Source: Selaginella moellendorffii (Eukaryota > Plantae > Lycopodiophyta). From it: 64,000 nucleotides of DNA. The notes below the pieces were generated by a model. It ran no database searches. It was not told where the DNA came from and worked only from the letters and a program-made list of their open reading frames with translations. The stretch covers positions 931,763 through 995,762 of the forward strand of contig NW_003314329.1 of assembly GCF_000143415.4 (NCBI RefSeq), in the 5' to 3' direction. Position numbers and translations under genes: made by a program. Positions 13,725 through 26,650 of this stretch are shown piece after piece (position 1 is the stretch's first letter; every line of letters begins with the position of its first letter).

Positions 13725-14716
13725 TGAAACGAACAAGAGAGCAAACCCTAGGCCAACCCCCAACCCTTAAGGCATTATGGCCATAGGGCATAGAATATTC
13801 TTGGAATATTCCTGTGGTTCGTGTCATTTTCCCCTGCCTCATGACTGAGTCATATACAGCAGCCTTGAGAAGTTAAATGAGCTTCACATGAAGGGAGTCC
13901 AAGGCAATACAGCCATGGAAAAAAAATGTGCAAATGGCAACACCAACCTTGCGACAAACAGTTACGAAAGAAAGAAAGCATTACGGCTTTCTTACATGAC
14001 AATACGGTCATGAAAACAAGAGAATGACAATAGAACAAATGGCTCAAATTATATAGCAATACGGCTATAGAACTCAATTTTCCTCTTCCTCAGGAATGTC
14101 ATCCAAGTCATAACTAAAACTCGGAAACACTCTCTTCACGTCATCCTCAGTTTCCCATGTAGCTTTGTCCATAGAATAACTATTCCACTAAAGTAACAAC
14201 TCCTTAATTTTTTTCTGGCGTGTTTTCACCAATCTTTGAGCAAGAATATTGGCCGAACCAACCTTCTCTGCATCAATCTTATGCTGAATGCCACGTTCGG
14301 GAGGCAAACCATCAAGTACCTCATCCGGAAATACGTCACAGAACTCCTCCTGAATGGAATCCACCCTAGCCCCATGCCCACAAATGTACTACAAATTAGA
14401 CATGATCATATTAGAAAGAAACAGGTACACCACAAAAGAATTAGCTATCTCATGCATGTATGTCACCAACTCGAAAATGTTAATCAATGGAGTATCACTA
14501 TTTTCTGTCCCGACAATCTCTTTTATAGTGCCACCAACTTCAATACGCAGAACATACGCTCCCAATCGATCCCTAGCTTCTTGTCATAAAACCATTCCTT
14601 CCCAAGAATAACGTTTGTGCGACCAAGATCCATAACCTGGAACAAAGGATGGTCGAGAATCCCTTGAACCGTCAAAGGAACACTCGGAGCCCATTCACCA
14701 TAAACATGAGTGCTAT
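13725..14716 (-). mobile_element. Gypsy family B copy B3 (3' LTR and chromodomain; truncated by the family A LTR)
   Basis: LTR 13725-13826. Near-identical to 3916-4908, including the same pre-RT/chromodomain fusion. Ends abruptly at 14716. Confidence 0.9.
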
Positions 14717-15507
14717 TATAAGCCACAAATTTTTCCTTTCCAATTTGCCAGCTTACCTCGTTTATCTAACCAACACTGCCTTGGCTTTTGCTAAGTCCCC
14801 TTGCTAAGGTTCACGTCTATTGTACCAGCTCGTACTTTGTCCTACTTAGTTTCAGCTACTCACTGCACGAGCAACAGAGCGTTAGCCATCCATCCACGGA
14901 TTCCCAAATCTCTCCCAATCCCCCTCCCCGGGTTAGACTGGATTTAAGGTTCGGCTACACTCCCCGCAGGTACAAGCAACCAAGCATACCAAGCCTCTAG
15001 GTTGTTAACATCCCTTGGTACAACAAGACTTGATCATGGGACCCTTTAAATCCCAAGCCTTGGGTGCAACACTTGCTTTAGGACATCGGGTGAAACACTA
15101 TGGCCTAACGGCCCGGTATGGATACCTCTACCCCCCCATTTCTATCCCAAAGGGAAGGCCCAAGCCCCTAGGAAGGGTGAGGACTAATAAGCCACAAGGT
15201 ACTCAAGTGGGGCACCACTCCATATGAGCCGAGAGCACTGCAGTCGGTTTCCCTTTCGGGAGTGGGAGATGCTCACTTGAGCACTTCCTTGGGTGGCCCC
15301 TCCGGCACCACCCAAGTCGATACTCACTCCCACCCAAGGCCCCTCGGCCCCAACCTCAACCTCAAGTCAGTTTGGAAGCACCACTGGAGAGTTCCTTCAA
15401 GACTGGTTTCTAGACCTCATTATCCCTACTATACTTTTGAAACCCCCTGCAGCCCCCCCCCTGGGAGACACACGCTTTGGGCTTTCACCCCTTGACCCGT
15501 ATTAGTA

Positions 15508-15745
15508 CTCGGACTCGGTCTCGGACTCGATCTTGGACTCGATCTCAGACCTAACTTTGGACTCGGTCTCGGAGTCGATCTCAGACTCGACTTCGGACTC
15601 GACCTCAGACTCAGTCTCGGACCTGATTCGGATCTCGGACTCTGTCTCAAACTTGGTCTCAAACTCAATCTCCGATTCGGCCTCGGACTCAATCCCAGAC
15701 TCTATCTCAAACTCGGTCTTGGACTCGATCTCCAACTCGGTCCCA
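15508..15745. repeat. Degenerate CTCGGA/CTCGAT hexamer tandem repeat inside the family A LTR (also ~23690-23830 and 24507-24580)
   Basis: Runs of ctcggactcg(a/g)tctcggact. These produce the spurious ES/SP-rich ORFs in the track. Confidence 0.9.
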
Positions 15746-17290
15746 TCTGATGAACTCTTTATCATTTCGGTCATGCTTTCGGGGATCCTTTAGCCTACGA
15801 CACCTCAGGGAGTTGGTTCCTTAGAACTCCACCACCCATAGAAGAAGTTTGATGCCCACATCGAACGTCTCTTTTTATCCTACGAGTTGTTGACCATGTC
15901 TCCGGGGGCATCCCCCCACTTAGCGGTGTGCCTAAGTTAGCCTCCCTAGCCAAGAGCCCATGACAATGGAATATAAGTGTCCCTATACCCCTCACCCCAC
16001 CATGCCCTAGTATCGGGTTGGGACTTGAACCTAGGCTTGCTTTACTAGGGGGTTGGGACTCGAATCCAACCTTCGTAGAATATGTCTACGGATTTGACAT
16101 CCCTGTGGGGAGTTGGGTGTAGTTCTTTACGCCTAGTCGACCTAGCTAACCCATGCTAATTAGCTTACCTTCGGCGCGCCTTCGGGTCCCAACATATGCC
16201 ATTGCTCAACTTCACAAATTGATACTTTAATTGAACTTTGCATAAGTACATAGAGTTCTGCCTTGCAAAAATTCCTCCACTAGATCTCGCGCGTTTGCTA
16301 GGTTCTTCTCCGGTTCCCATGTTGCTTCGTAGTGTGGAAATCCTTTCCACTTCACATGGAACTCTCTCATCTCGCGTCCTTGTCGCTTGCTCTTGCGCTC
16401 ATTGAGGACGGCCTCGACTTCATATTCCTCTTCCCTTTGGATAACCTCAGGTAAAGGTCTTACTTAGTCCTTGCGAAGCGGATCCTCAAAGTACGGCTTG
16501 AGTAAGTTCACGTGGAACATTGGGTGCATCTTCCCCATCTCTTGAGGAAGTCGGAGACGACAAGCCATTTTACCGATTCATGCCTCAGTCTCGTAAGGTC
16601 CCACGAACCTGCTTAAGGAACTCAAGATCAATTTATTTATAGGAATACATGCATTTTTACGTTTGGGTCAACTTCCGGCTAATCCCATTTGGTAGCTTGA
16701 GGTTCTTGGTATTCAGCCACACCTTCTCCCCAACTTGGAACTCTACATCCCGGCGCTTTTGGTTCGCGTACCTGGTTTGCCTTTGTTGAGCCCGTTCCAA
16801 GGAATCCCTCACTAAATTCCAAATGTTGAGTCTTTCTGCCGTGAATGCCTCCACTGTGGGTAACTCTCCATGAGACTCGGCCATGCCAAGTTCCACAGGA
16901 CCTTCAATAGCTCGCCGATTGATGACTTCCCATAGATTCACCCCAATACTCGAATGTGGTGAGTTGTTATAACATATTTCTGCAAGTCCCAAATGACTTA
17001 CCCAATCGGTCTGGTCTCCCAAGACATAGCATCGCAAATAATCCTCCAACTACCTATTCACCCTTCCTGTTTGTCTGTCTGTCAAGAAGTGTTAGTGCCA
17101 ACAAACTTGACTTAATACCCAATACCTGTCTGTGGGTGATAGGCTGTGCTGAATTTCAACTTGGTGCGATACTATTCCAAGAGAGTTCTCCAGAACTTAC
17201 TAGTGAAGATCTTATCTCAATCTGAGATAATCTCTTCTGGACTTCTCCACACTCGAACCACTTGTTTGAAGAACAGCTTCACCACACCTT

Positions 17291-19123
17291 TGTAAGCGAC
17301 TAATTTTTCCATTCTACTTTAGTCACTTAACCACGCCTTCAACCACTTGGAGGAGTCTCACTCACCACCTCCTTAAGTCCAATTCAGGACTTGGGACTTG
17401 CTAGCCCCGAGAATGGCATCCATGCCACTCATCCCTTGCACTTAGTCCAAGTGCTCCACGTGTCCGGTCCCAAGACTGACACCCCAAGGTACCACCAACA
17501 TACTAGCCCGTTACGCTAAGGCCATGCCCCTTTACCTTGGTCATACCGATGGTCTAACACCACCTGCATCACAATCCCGTCTCTCAAGGACTGGACCATC
17601 CGTCCATGAGTGATCATTCCAGATCCACTCCTTAGCATCCTTAGGATGCCCGCAGACGTGGGGAATAGCCTTCCCCAATGTCCTTTTTCTGGTCCCCACC
17701 AAGTCCCTTTCTGCCCATGGCTGTGTTCACCAACACTACCACTGGATCGAGGCCCACAGGCCCGACCACTAAGTCCCACGGTCCTCTAGGACTTCCTCAC
17801 CACACGACTGTGTCCTTGGTCACTACCCCAGAGGACTGCTCCTCTTCCTTTCCACAGTCTAGGCCTTTGGGACAACATTTCGGAACACCGTGGCCTTACG
17901 CGAGCCACCTGGGTACTCTCCCCACCTTTCGCCTTTAGGTGCTCTAGCCATGGGCTTAGAGCGAGGTTCCGTCGAGCCACGCCTGGTATCCAAGTAGGTA
18001 GTGCCACCCACACTTGGACTGAGAGCATCGGCCAGTCGATCTCCCGGGGGAACTAGAGCCGGCTCTTGAATACTTCACCAAGATACCCCGCTTGTTAGTC
18101 CGTATTCACTCTAGTCTTGGACTTCCCAGTGGTCAGTTCATCACCCAACACTGGGTCTGGCCTTCCTGGGCCAAACTGGCCTTTCCTGGCCAAACTGGCT
18201 CCACTGCAGTCCTCCCCCTTACTATACTTTTGGAGCTCACCAAACCCCCCAGGGTCTGGGAGATGAACGCTTTGGGCTTTCACCCTCTCAGACTCGAACT
18301 CGGACTCGGACTCGGACTCGGACTCGGACTCGGACTCGGACTCGGACTCGGACTCGGGCTCGGTCTCGGCCTCCGCCTCGGTCTCGGTCTCGGTCCCGGT
18401 CTCAGTCTCGGTCTCGGTCCCGATCTCGGTCTCGGTCTCGGTCTCAGTCCCGGTCTCAGTCTCAACCTCGGACTCCATCTCGGGTCCTTCTCGGACTCCA
18501 TCTTGGATTCCATCTCGGGTCCATCTCGGACTCCGTCTCGGTCCATCTCGGACTCCATCTCGGACTCCACTTCGGACTCCATCTCGGACTCCATCTTGGA
18601 CTCCACCTCAGACTCCATCTCGGACTCCATCTCGGTCCATCTCAGACTCCATCTTGGACTCCGTCTCGGTCCATCTCAGACTCCATCTCGGACTCCACAT
18701 CGGACTCCATCTCGGACTCCACTTCAGACTCCATCTCGGACTCCATCTCGGTCCATCTTGGACTCCATCTCGGACTCCGTCTCGGTCCTTCTCGAACTCC
18801 ATCTGTGACTCCACTTCGGACTCCATCTCGGACTCCATCTCGGACTCCACCTCGGACTCCATCTCGGACTCTGTCTTGGTCCATCTCGGACACTTCCACG
18901 TGTCATGTGTTGGTCCTTTTGTGTCCCTTTTTGGAGCCTCGCTTATTGCTCGCTTTGTGCTTGTTCCTCAAGCACTTTGTTGGGAGTTCCACTCCCGCTC
19001 TCGACCTTCCAAGTCAGAGCTTTTAGTCCAAATGGGTCACGCTCGTTTGGCTTTCGCTTCAGCCACTACCACGTGGCACCCTTTCCAGCTCCACTTTGGG
19101 GCCTAGGGATTTTGTGTCTCACA
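17291..19123. mobile_element. Solo LTR (1833 bp, family C) inserted in the integrase of family A copy 2
   Basis: Starts TGTAAG and ends CTCACA. Perfect 5-bp TSD ACCTT (17286-17290 and 19124-19128). Integrase coding sequence resumes on both sides. Confidence 0.9.
18290..18890. repeat. (GACTCG)n microsatellite grading into (CTCGGACTCCAT)n 12-mer repeats
   Basis: About 10 perfect GACTCG units, then CTCGGT units, then ~30 12-mer variants. Confidence 0.95.
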
Positions 19124-22100
19124 ACCTTCTGCATCCACTTTTGTTGTGGTGGGTATGAAATGTGCCATCTTCGAAAATCAGTCCACCACCACGAATATCG
19201 CATTGAACCCCTCGCTTGGGGGGAGTCCCATGATGAAGTCCATCGTAAGACATTTCCACGGATGATCTGGAATTGGGATGCTTTGTAACAAGCCCCCACT
19301 TGCCTTAGTCATGGCTTTGACCTGCTGACATATTACACATGTCTTTACATAGTCTTGGACGTCCTTAGCCATATCTGGCCAATGATACTTCCTCTTGAGT
19401 AAGCCCATCGTCTTGGGCACTCCACCGTGTTCCACAAGAGGTCCGTCATGACAGTCTTCTAAGGCTACCTTCCTTAGTTCCCCTTCTGGAATATACACCC
19501 TCGTTTGCTTGTAATAGATGAGTCCATTGCGTTTCGCATAGCTCGTTTTCTCTTCCGTTGGCAACTCACCTCTCTGGTGAGCTTCCCGTGCCTCTAGATT
19601 CCTCAGCAACACTTTTTGTGCTAGACCATCGTTCTCATATGCTGTCCGCATATCATCCCAAAAGGTTGTTGTCGCACTGGATATCGCTAACTTGAAGCTC
19701 GCTTTTCGAGTTAGCGCATCCGCCACGATGTTGCTCTTCCCAGGCTTGTATAGAATCTCACAATTAAACTCAGCCAAAGCATTGGCCCACCGACCTTGTT
19801 TCCCTCTCAGGTCGGGCTGTGACAAGAAGTGTTTCGTTGCCACATTGTCTGTGTAAACCTTGAAGTGTCTCCCAAGGTAGTGTCGCCACTCCTTGAGTGC
19901 CTTGACCACTACAAACAATTCCTTCTCATGGGCAGGCCATTTCTGTTAGGCATTATCCAACTTTTTCGAGAAGAACGCTATTGGATGGTTGTCTTGCTTC
20001 AAAATTGCGCCCAACATAAAGTCTGAAGCATCCATTTCTACCTCAAAGTTCTTACCAAAGTCTGGTAACACCAACATGGGAGCCTTCCTCAACTTCTCTT
20101 TGAGGTGGACAAATGCCACTTTGCATTCTGCTGTCCATACCATCTTCCCTTTTCCCATTTGGTCCGTTAAGGTAGGGCTACTCTTGAATAGTGTCTGATA
20201 AACTTTTGGTAGTAGTTGCATAGCCCCAACAATGCCCTTAACTTGTGTACATTCGATGGTCGCTCCCAATCCTGGATCGCTTGGACCTTCTTAGGGTCCA
20301 CTTTAAACCTGTCTTTGCCCAACACATGCCCGAGAAACTTTACCTTTTGTTGAGCAAAGTTATATTTGCTCTCTTTAGCATACAACTGATGTTCCCTTAG
20401 TTTCTCAAACACCTTTGTTAAGTGTTCGACATGCTCCTCTAGCGTTTCGCTATAGATCAAGATGTCGTCAATATAGATGACCACAAAGTGATCCAGATAG
20501 GGTACAAAGATGTGGTTCATCAACGCCGAAAACGTTCCTGGCGCATTGCATAGCCCAAAGGGCATCACCAGAAACTCAAGGCTCCCATACCTTGTTCAAC
20601 AAATTGTCTTCTTGACATCTTCCTCTGCTGCCCTGATCTGGTAGTATCCTGACCTTAGGTCAATCCTCGAGAAGTATTTTGCCTTTCCCAACCTATCGAA
20701 CAGTTCCTCAATCCTTGGCAAAGGGTATTTGTTCTTTTTTGTATACTTGTTGAGCAACTGGTAGTCTATGCATATGCGCATAGATCCATATTTTTTTTTC
20801 ACAAATAACACCAGCGCCCCATATGGCGACTTGCTCAACCTAACATACCCTTTGTCCACCAACTCCTCTAGTTAGCGCTTGAGCTCCTCGAGTTCCTTTT
20901 CGTTCAAACGATAGGGGGGACAAACCACCGCCTTAGCACCCTCGACTAGCTCAATCTTATGTTCTATCGGTTGTGCGGGGGTCAACCCCGCCGATAGCTC
21001 CTCTGGCATGGTATCCTAGAATTGGTCCAACACCAGCTGGATCACTAAAGGTACTTCTTCTATTCCCGTCTTTTTGTCACTCTTCACCGAGAGTAAGCAC
21101 AAAAATGCTACCTTGGTTCCTTTAATGAGTTGTCCTTTTGTGGACACCAGGTTTAGGTAGGAATCTTTGGCCTTGTATTGCCCTACCTTTATATCTTGGG
21201 CCTCCACCCCAAATCTTCTTCCTTGGGCATTCGCCAGTACCTCAAGGTTTCTACCTTGTCCATGCAGGGCTACCACGAACCGATTGAACTAATCCATTCT
21301 GAAGATCACGTTAAATCCCGCCATGTCCAACATGGTGAAATCCATGTCCACTTTCCATGTCCCTACTTCGACTCTCGCTTGTCGAAGTACCTCATCGGTG
21401 CTTTGGCTACCTTGAAAAAACTCTATAGTCCTTGGTTCGCTCAACTGCTACACCGTTAGTCTGGCTTGCCGGACTATGTTTGCAGCCACAAAATTATTAG
21501 AAGCACCTGTGTCAATAAGGATCTTAACAAAGCTACCTCTGAGCTTCCCTCGGAGGGATAGTAGATGTTGCGAACAACTCTCTACCAAAGTTGCTCGTGT
21601 AATGAGTAACTTTGAGTTAGGGACTAGATCACGTTCCTTAGTTTGGATTTCACCCAACTTAATGGCCATATTGGCTCTGGCCTTCTTCGGGTAGGAACAT
21701 TCCCTCAAGAAGTGTCCCGCTTCACCACAGTTGTAGCATATGTTGTTTCCCACGCTGCTAACTGACTTGCCCTTCTTATCCCTGGGTTTGTCTCTTTTTG
21801 CTTTACTCCCCCACGTGTTCGCTCCCTGGCCACCGGATCTGCCTTTTCGGAACCCTGAGGACTCATTCTTAGAGAAACTCTTTTTGAATTTCCCTTTGCT
21901 ATATGTTCCCCTTGGTTTGGCCCCTTTGCTAAATGTGGACCTCGACCCCGTCGCGTTCCCCTTTCGCAGGTTATCCTTGAAATGCGCCTTGATAGCCACA
22001 TCCAATGCTTCTTTGTAATTGGTTGGGTTCCAACGCATCACCTCGCCGCGAGCCCAGGTTTGCAAGCCTGATATGAAGGCATGGAATGCATCCATATCAC

Positions 22101-23832
22101 CCATATTTGTTACCAGTATCCTCTTTTCCATAAATCCATTCACATACTCTTGAATGGTTCCGGTTTGCTTTAGCCTACTCAACTCATCCCTTAGGTGCAG
22201 AGTAGCATTCGAAGGAACGTATGTCATACGGATCCTTGCCTTCATCATTTCCCAAGTGGCCACTAGTCCATTGTTGGCCTCCGTCGTTCTCCACCAAGAC
22301 TTGGTATTATCTGCCAAGTATGGTTTTGCATATGGGACCTTCTCCGAGCTCAGTAACCGCAACACTCGAAAGTAGTCCTCCATATCATAAAACCAATCTT
22401 CCACCACCTTATAGTCATTCACTCCCTTGAAGACTGGTGGGGGCTTTGGTTTGTACTTAGGAACTGCTTGAGGGACTGATTCCACTTCAGTCTATTCGAC
22501 CTTGTTTAGTTCAGCCTCAGTCCCTGCTGAAGGGTCCGCACCTTTTGTGCTACTAGCATTCGCAGTCTTTCACTTTTTCTTCCGTTTCTCATCACGCTTT
22601 AGCTTGCGTACAAGAGTCTCCAATAGGGCATTGGTTTGTGCCAATTGTCCTTTTATAACGTCCAATCGAGCTTTGGATGACCAAACCTCACCACCAGACT
22701 CCTATTTAGAAGTTTCCTCACTGGAGTCCTCCTCATGCAAAAATTCCTCATCTATAGCCTTTTGTTCGACTGGAGGCTCTAGCTTTGGTAGAGGTTCTGT
22801 CTCCACCTTGGTTCGTTTCCACCCTGCCTTTGTCATCTCCCAGCAATTCGCCTCTATCCTTCACTAAAATTGAGGAAAATGCTTTGATACCAAATTGTAA
22901 GCCACAAATTTTTCCTTTCCAATTTGCCAACTTACTTTGTCTATCCGATTAACACTGCCTTGGCTTTTGCTAAGTTCCCTCGCCAAGGTTCCCACCTATT
23001 GTACCAGCTCCTACTTGGTCCTACTTGGTTTCAGCTACTCACTACACAAGCAACGAAGTGTTAACCATCCATCCACGGATTCCCAAATCTCTCCTAATTC
23101 CCCTCCCTGGGTTAAATTGGACTTAAAGTTCGGTTACATTCCCCGCAGGCACAAGCAACCAAGCACACCAACCCTCCAGGTTCCTAACATCCCTTGGTAC
23201 AACAAGATTTGATTATGGGACCCTCTAAATCCCAAGCCTTGGGTGCAACACTTGCTTCGGGACACCGGGAGAAACACCATGGCCTAACAGCCCGGTATGG
23301 GTACCTCTACCCACTTCTATCCCAAAAGGAAAGCCCAAACCCCTAGGAAGGGCGAGGACCAATGAGCCACAAGGTACTCAAGTGGGGCACCACTCCACAT
23401 GAGCCGAGAGCACTGCAGTCAGTTTCCTGTTCGGGAGTGAGAGTTGGTTTTGAGCACTTCCTTGGGTGGCCCCTCCAACACCACCCAAGTCCATACTCAC
23501 TCCCACCCAAGGCCCCTCGGCCCCAGCCTCAACCTCAAGTCAGTTTTGAAGCACTACTAGAGAGTTCTTTCAAGAATGGTTCCTAGACCTCACTATCCCT
23601 ACTATACTTTTGGAACCCCCTGCAGCACCCCCCCACCCCCCCCCGGGAGACACATGCTTTGGGTTTTCACCCCTTGACCCGTATTAGTACTTGGACTCAG
23701 TCTCGGACTCGATCTCGGACTCAATCTCGGACTCGACTTTGGACTCGACCTCGGACTCGGTCTCGGACCCAATTCAGATCTCGGACCCTATCTCAAACTT
23801 GGTCTTGAACTCGGTCTCCGATTTGGCCTTGG

Positions 23833-24506
23833 TGTAGTGCATGTGATCATGGGATGAGATTTGGATATACTGTCACCGTGGATCCTTGGAACCTTGGGAG
23901 ATAAATGGGGATAAAATAGCCACTAAGGGCTCTCTCATCAAGCAATTGCCCCTTTTCCAGTTGGCTTAAGGGGAGAGAGATAAGGTGCGCTACAGTTGGT
24001 ATCGGAGCAAATGGCATGGGTTCGATTCCCATTGATTAGTGGCTACTTAAAAGTATAATATACCCTTGAGCAAGGTATATTCCTACCCCTAAATTTGAAA
24101 TTGTACGTATTGTGCATCCATGCGTATGTCCTTCCTCTTGTGTGGAGTATCCACGGACAAAAGTATTCACCGTGGGACTGTGGTACAGGTGGATGACTAG
24201 TTGCCTCACATGGAATAGCTGGTCTACACAATGGAAGGATTGGTAGATTGAGTGCGGAAATGGAGGTGCTGGTTCCCCTTGGCTCAGTAGGGGTTGTTAG
24301 TCAATAGTCAATGAGGACATTGACATCTCTGAAGGGGGGGTGAGTGTAGTGCATGTGATCATGGGATGAGATTTGGATATACTGTCACCGTGGATCCTTG
24401 GAACCTTGGGAGATAAATGGGGATAAAATAGCCACTAAGGGCTCTCTCATCAAGCAATTGCCCCTTTTCCAGTTGGCTTAAGGGGAGAGAGATAAGGTGC
24501 GCTACA
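23833..24506 (+). mobile_element. TRIM (terminal-repeat retrotransposon in miniature), 674 bp, nested in the family A 5' LTR
   Basis: Two identical 162-bp LTRs (23833-23994 and 24345-24506, TG...CA). TSD CTTGG. PBS TGGTATCGGAGC at 23997-24008. PPT GAAGGGGGGG before 24345. 350-bp non-coding interior. Confidence 0.97.
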
Positions 24507-26424
24507 CTTGGACTCGATCCCGGACTCTATCTCGAACTTGGTCTCAGAGTTGGTCTTGGACTTGATCTTTAACTCGGTCCTATCCGATGAACTCTTTGTC
24601 ATTTTGGTCATGCTTTCGGGAATCCTTTAGCCTACAACACCTCGGGGAGTTGGTTCCTTACAAGAACCTGATGAGGTCGAGGTGAGTGAGAAAAGTTCCA
24701 AGGATCAGTAACATTGTTTGAGTTGGTAGCAAAGTTCACAGCTTTGTGGTCACAGTGAAGACATTGTTGAGGAGCGTAGGGGAGAGAGCAAAAGGAGGAG
24801 CTGCTGCACTACCACCAGCGTTGTGGCTTTTGGATTGATCAGCTGGGCACAAGGGACATTGCAGTGAAAGCATTGCTTTCCCATAGTTCATCTTTCGCCC
24901 TTTTTTGCTCTAAATACTCTTGTTAAGGACAGCCACCTTTTGGCCCCAAGTACTTTCCATGCATTGCCCCCTCTTCTTCAGACAGGGTGTGACTTGAAAT
25001 TTCATGGATTTTTTCAAATCTTTGGTCTTGTTGCTGCTAGGAACAAGCATCAAACTTGGATAGAACACGACAAGAAAGTCCCTTGATGAAATCTCAAGCT
25101 CCCCAGGATTTGAAAGAACAGAGAAGTACCTCCAGCCTTGGACTCTTAACTTTGCTACTAATCAAGAGCGTGCCTGGATCAATTTAATTTTCAATGCTCA
25201 AACAAGCCATCTTCAGACATTGATTTCTGTTGCAGCAAACCTTGTTTCTCAGAAGAAGAAAAAGTAGGTTATCCCAGGGTGAAATCTTCATTCCATAATG
25301 GTTTCTTTCTTGAGCTTGACAACCGCAGAAAGGATGACAGCTCGCCGGGGGCGTGCACACGGTTTTGGGAGAGCCCCCGCCGATCCGGTCGTTGGCAAGG
25401 TCCAGCCGGCTTATAAAACATTCCCACGGGCTTTGAGCTTGCGCTGTTGTTTACATTATGGTGAAGGTATGATATACGTTAAGAAGCAATTAGTGTCCAA
25501 TTTGGATGGGAACCTGTTGGCCGGATACCTGGCTAGAATAAAGAAATATATTGGCAAGGTCACAGGTTCGAATCCACAGCCAGAGACCCAATCAAAAAAT
25601 TTTGCAACGCTTGATGCGCTTGTTCTTGCTCTCCCTCCTTTGCATCTTGCTTGCAAGCTACTGTGATCAGAGCGAGGTCTTCTGCCTGCAGTCATCTCGG
25701 GATGATGGGAAAAGCCAAGAGCTACTTGTCGTCCATAGCCCAAGACTACAGCATCTCCAACACTTAAGATGCTTGGTGGATCTCCTGGGGAGATCTGGGA
25801 AGCTAGACGAGGCCAGTGTCGAGCCAAATTTCAGCACTGGAGAATGAAAGAGTGGGGAAAAGTCCGATGCTAGTGTAGCTCCAACCATTCTTCTCAATCC
25901 TTATCGAATACACTCGAAGGCATGTCCCCGAATGAGGCTCGAATGTGCTCTTGGCACAAGTGATCCAGCACAAGTGATCCAGGCCAGGCCAGGCCACAGC
26001 GATGACTAGCACGTGGATCTTGGCATTGATAGCTGCCAAGAGAAATAACTAGATGCTCGAAAAAGAGTAACAAGGGCAAATGCCGTGATCGCAATCTTCC
26101 ATGAGAAAGAACCTCGATCTTTCATCTCATTTCCATGACCAGATTAGCAAGGAACCTCGAGGCCACTGGAGATGATTTTCCTCGTGGATGCACCTTCCCC
26201 CTCCCAGGTCTGTGCTCACCGCATTCTCGCCAAGGCGCCCACCGCTGGAGATCGCTCCTCCTTCCTGCAAATCTTCATGGAAAACTGCCATTAGACGCTA
26301 CTGCTGCACATTTTCGATCCAGGGGGCTCTTTACCTGGGCGGTCTGCTGCTGCTGGGCGTGCTCTATGAGTCAAGCAGCATGGTCTTTCTTCTCAGTCTC
26401 AGACATAGGCTCACAAGCACAAGC

Positions 26425-26650
26425 ACTGCTTTTCCGTGGTATGTATGGTTCTTCTCATGCTCATTCTGCTTATACTCTTGTCCAGTCCAGATCGCTTCAT
26501 TCCTCATCTCTGCCACCTTTTGCCTCAAGTATTTTCCAAGATCATCAACATCCAAGGCGTTGAGTGACCGTGATGAGATGAGTTTGTGACCTGGTATACT
26601 TTTGTGTTATGCCATTTGCTCTTTGGAAACTTTTGAGAAAGCTTGCTCTA
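26425..26650. repeat. Dispersed ~230 bp repeat, copy 2
   Basis: Similar to 8165-8400, with indels. Confidence 0.8.

Larger units (their letters stand above)
14717..24662 (-). mobile_element. Ty3/gypsy chromovirus family A, copy 2 (full-length layout, defective, two nested insertions)
   Basis: 3' LTR 14717-15825 and 5' LTR 22896-24662 (TGTAAG...CTTACA). PBS TGGTATCAAAGC at 22881-22892 (minus). PPT next to 15826. gag/knuckle/protease 21448-22485, RT 20167-20862, RNase H/integrase 19178-20269 and 16440-17290, chromodomain 'EEEYEVEAVLNER...FHVKWK' ~16330-16435. No matching TSD (GCTAT vs AGAAC). Confidence 0.95.

Noticed and set aside
18092-19106. ORFs encoding GL/ES/SP-repeat proteins (also 15429-15793)
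   Set aside because: Translations of the hexamer microsatellite inside LTRs; open in several frames and on both strands.
24663-26420. Short ORFs and exon-like pieces (e.g. 25298-25666), including a GGTTCGAATCC at ~25566
   Set aside because: No recognisable domain or coherent gene model; the B-box-like motif has no tRNA stem context.
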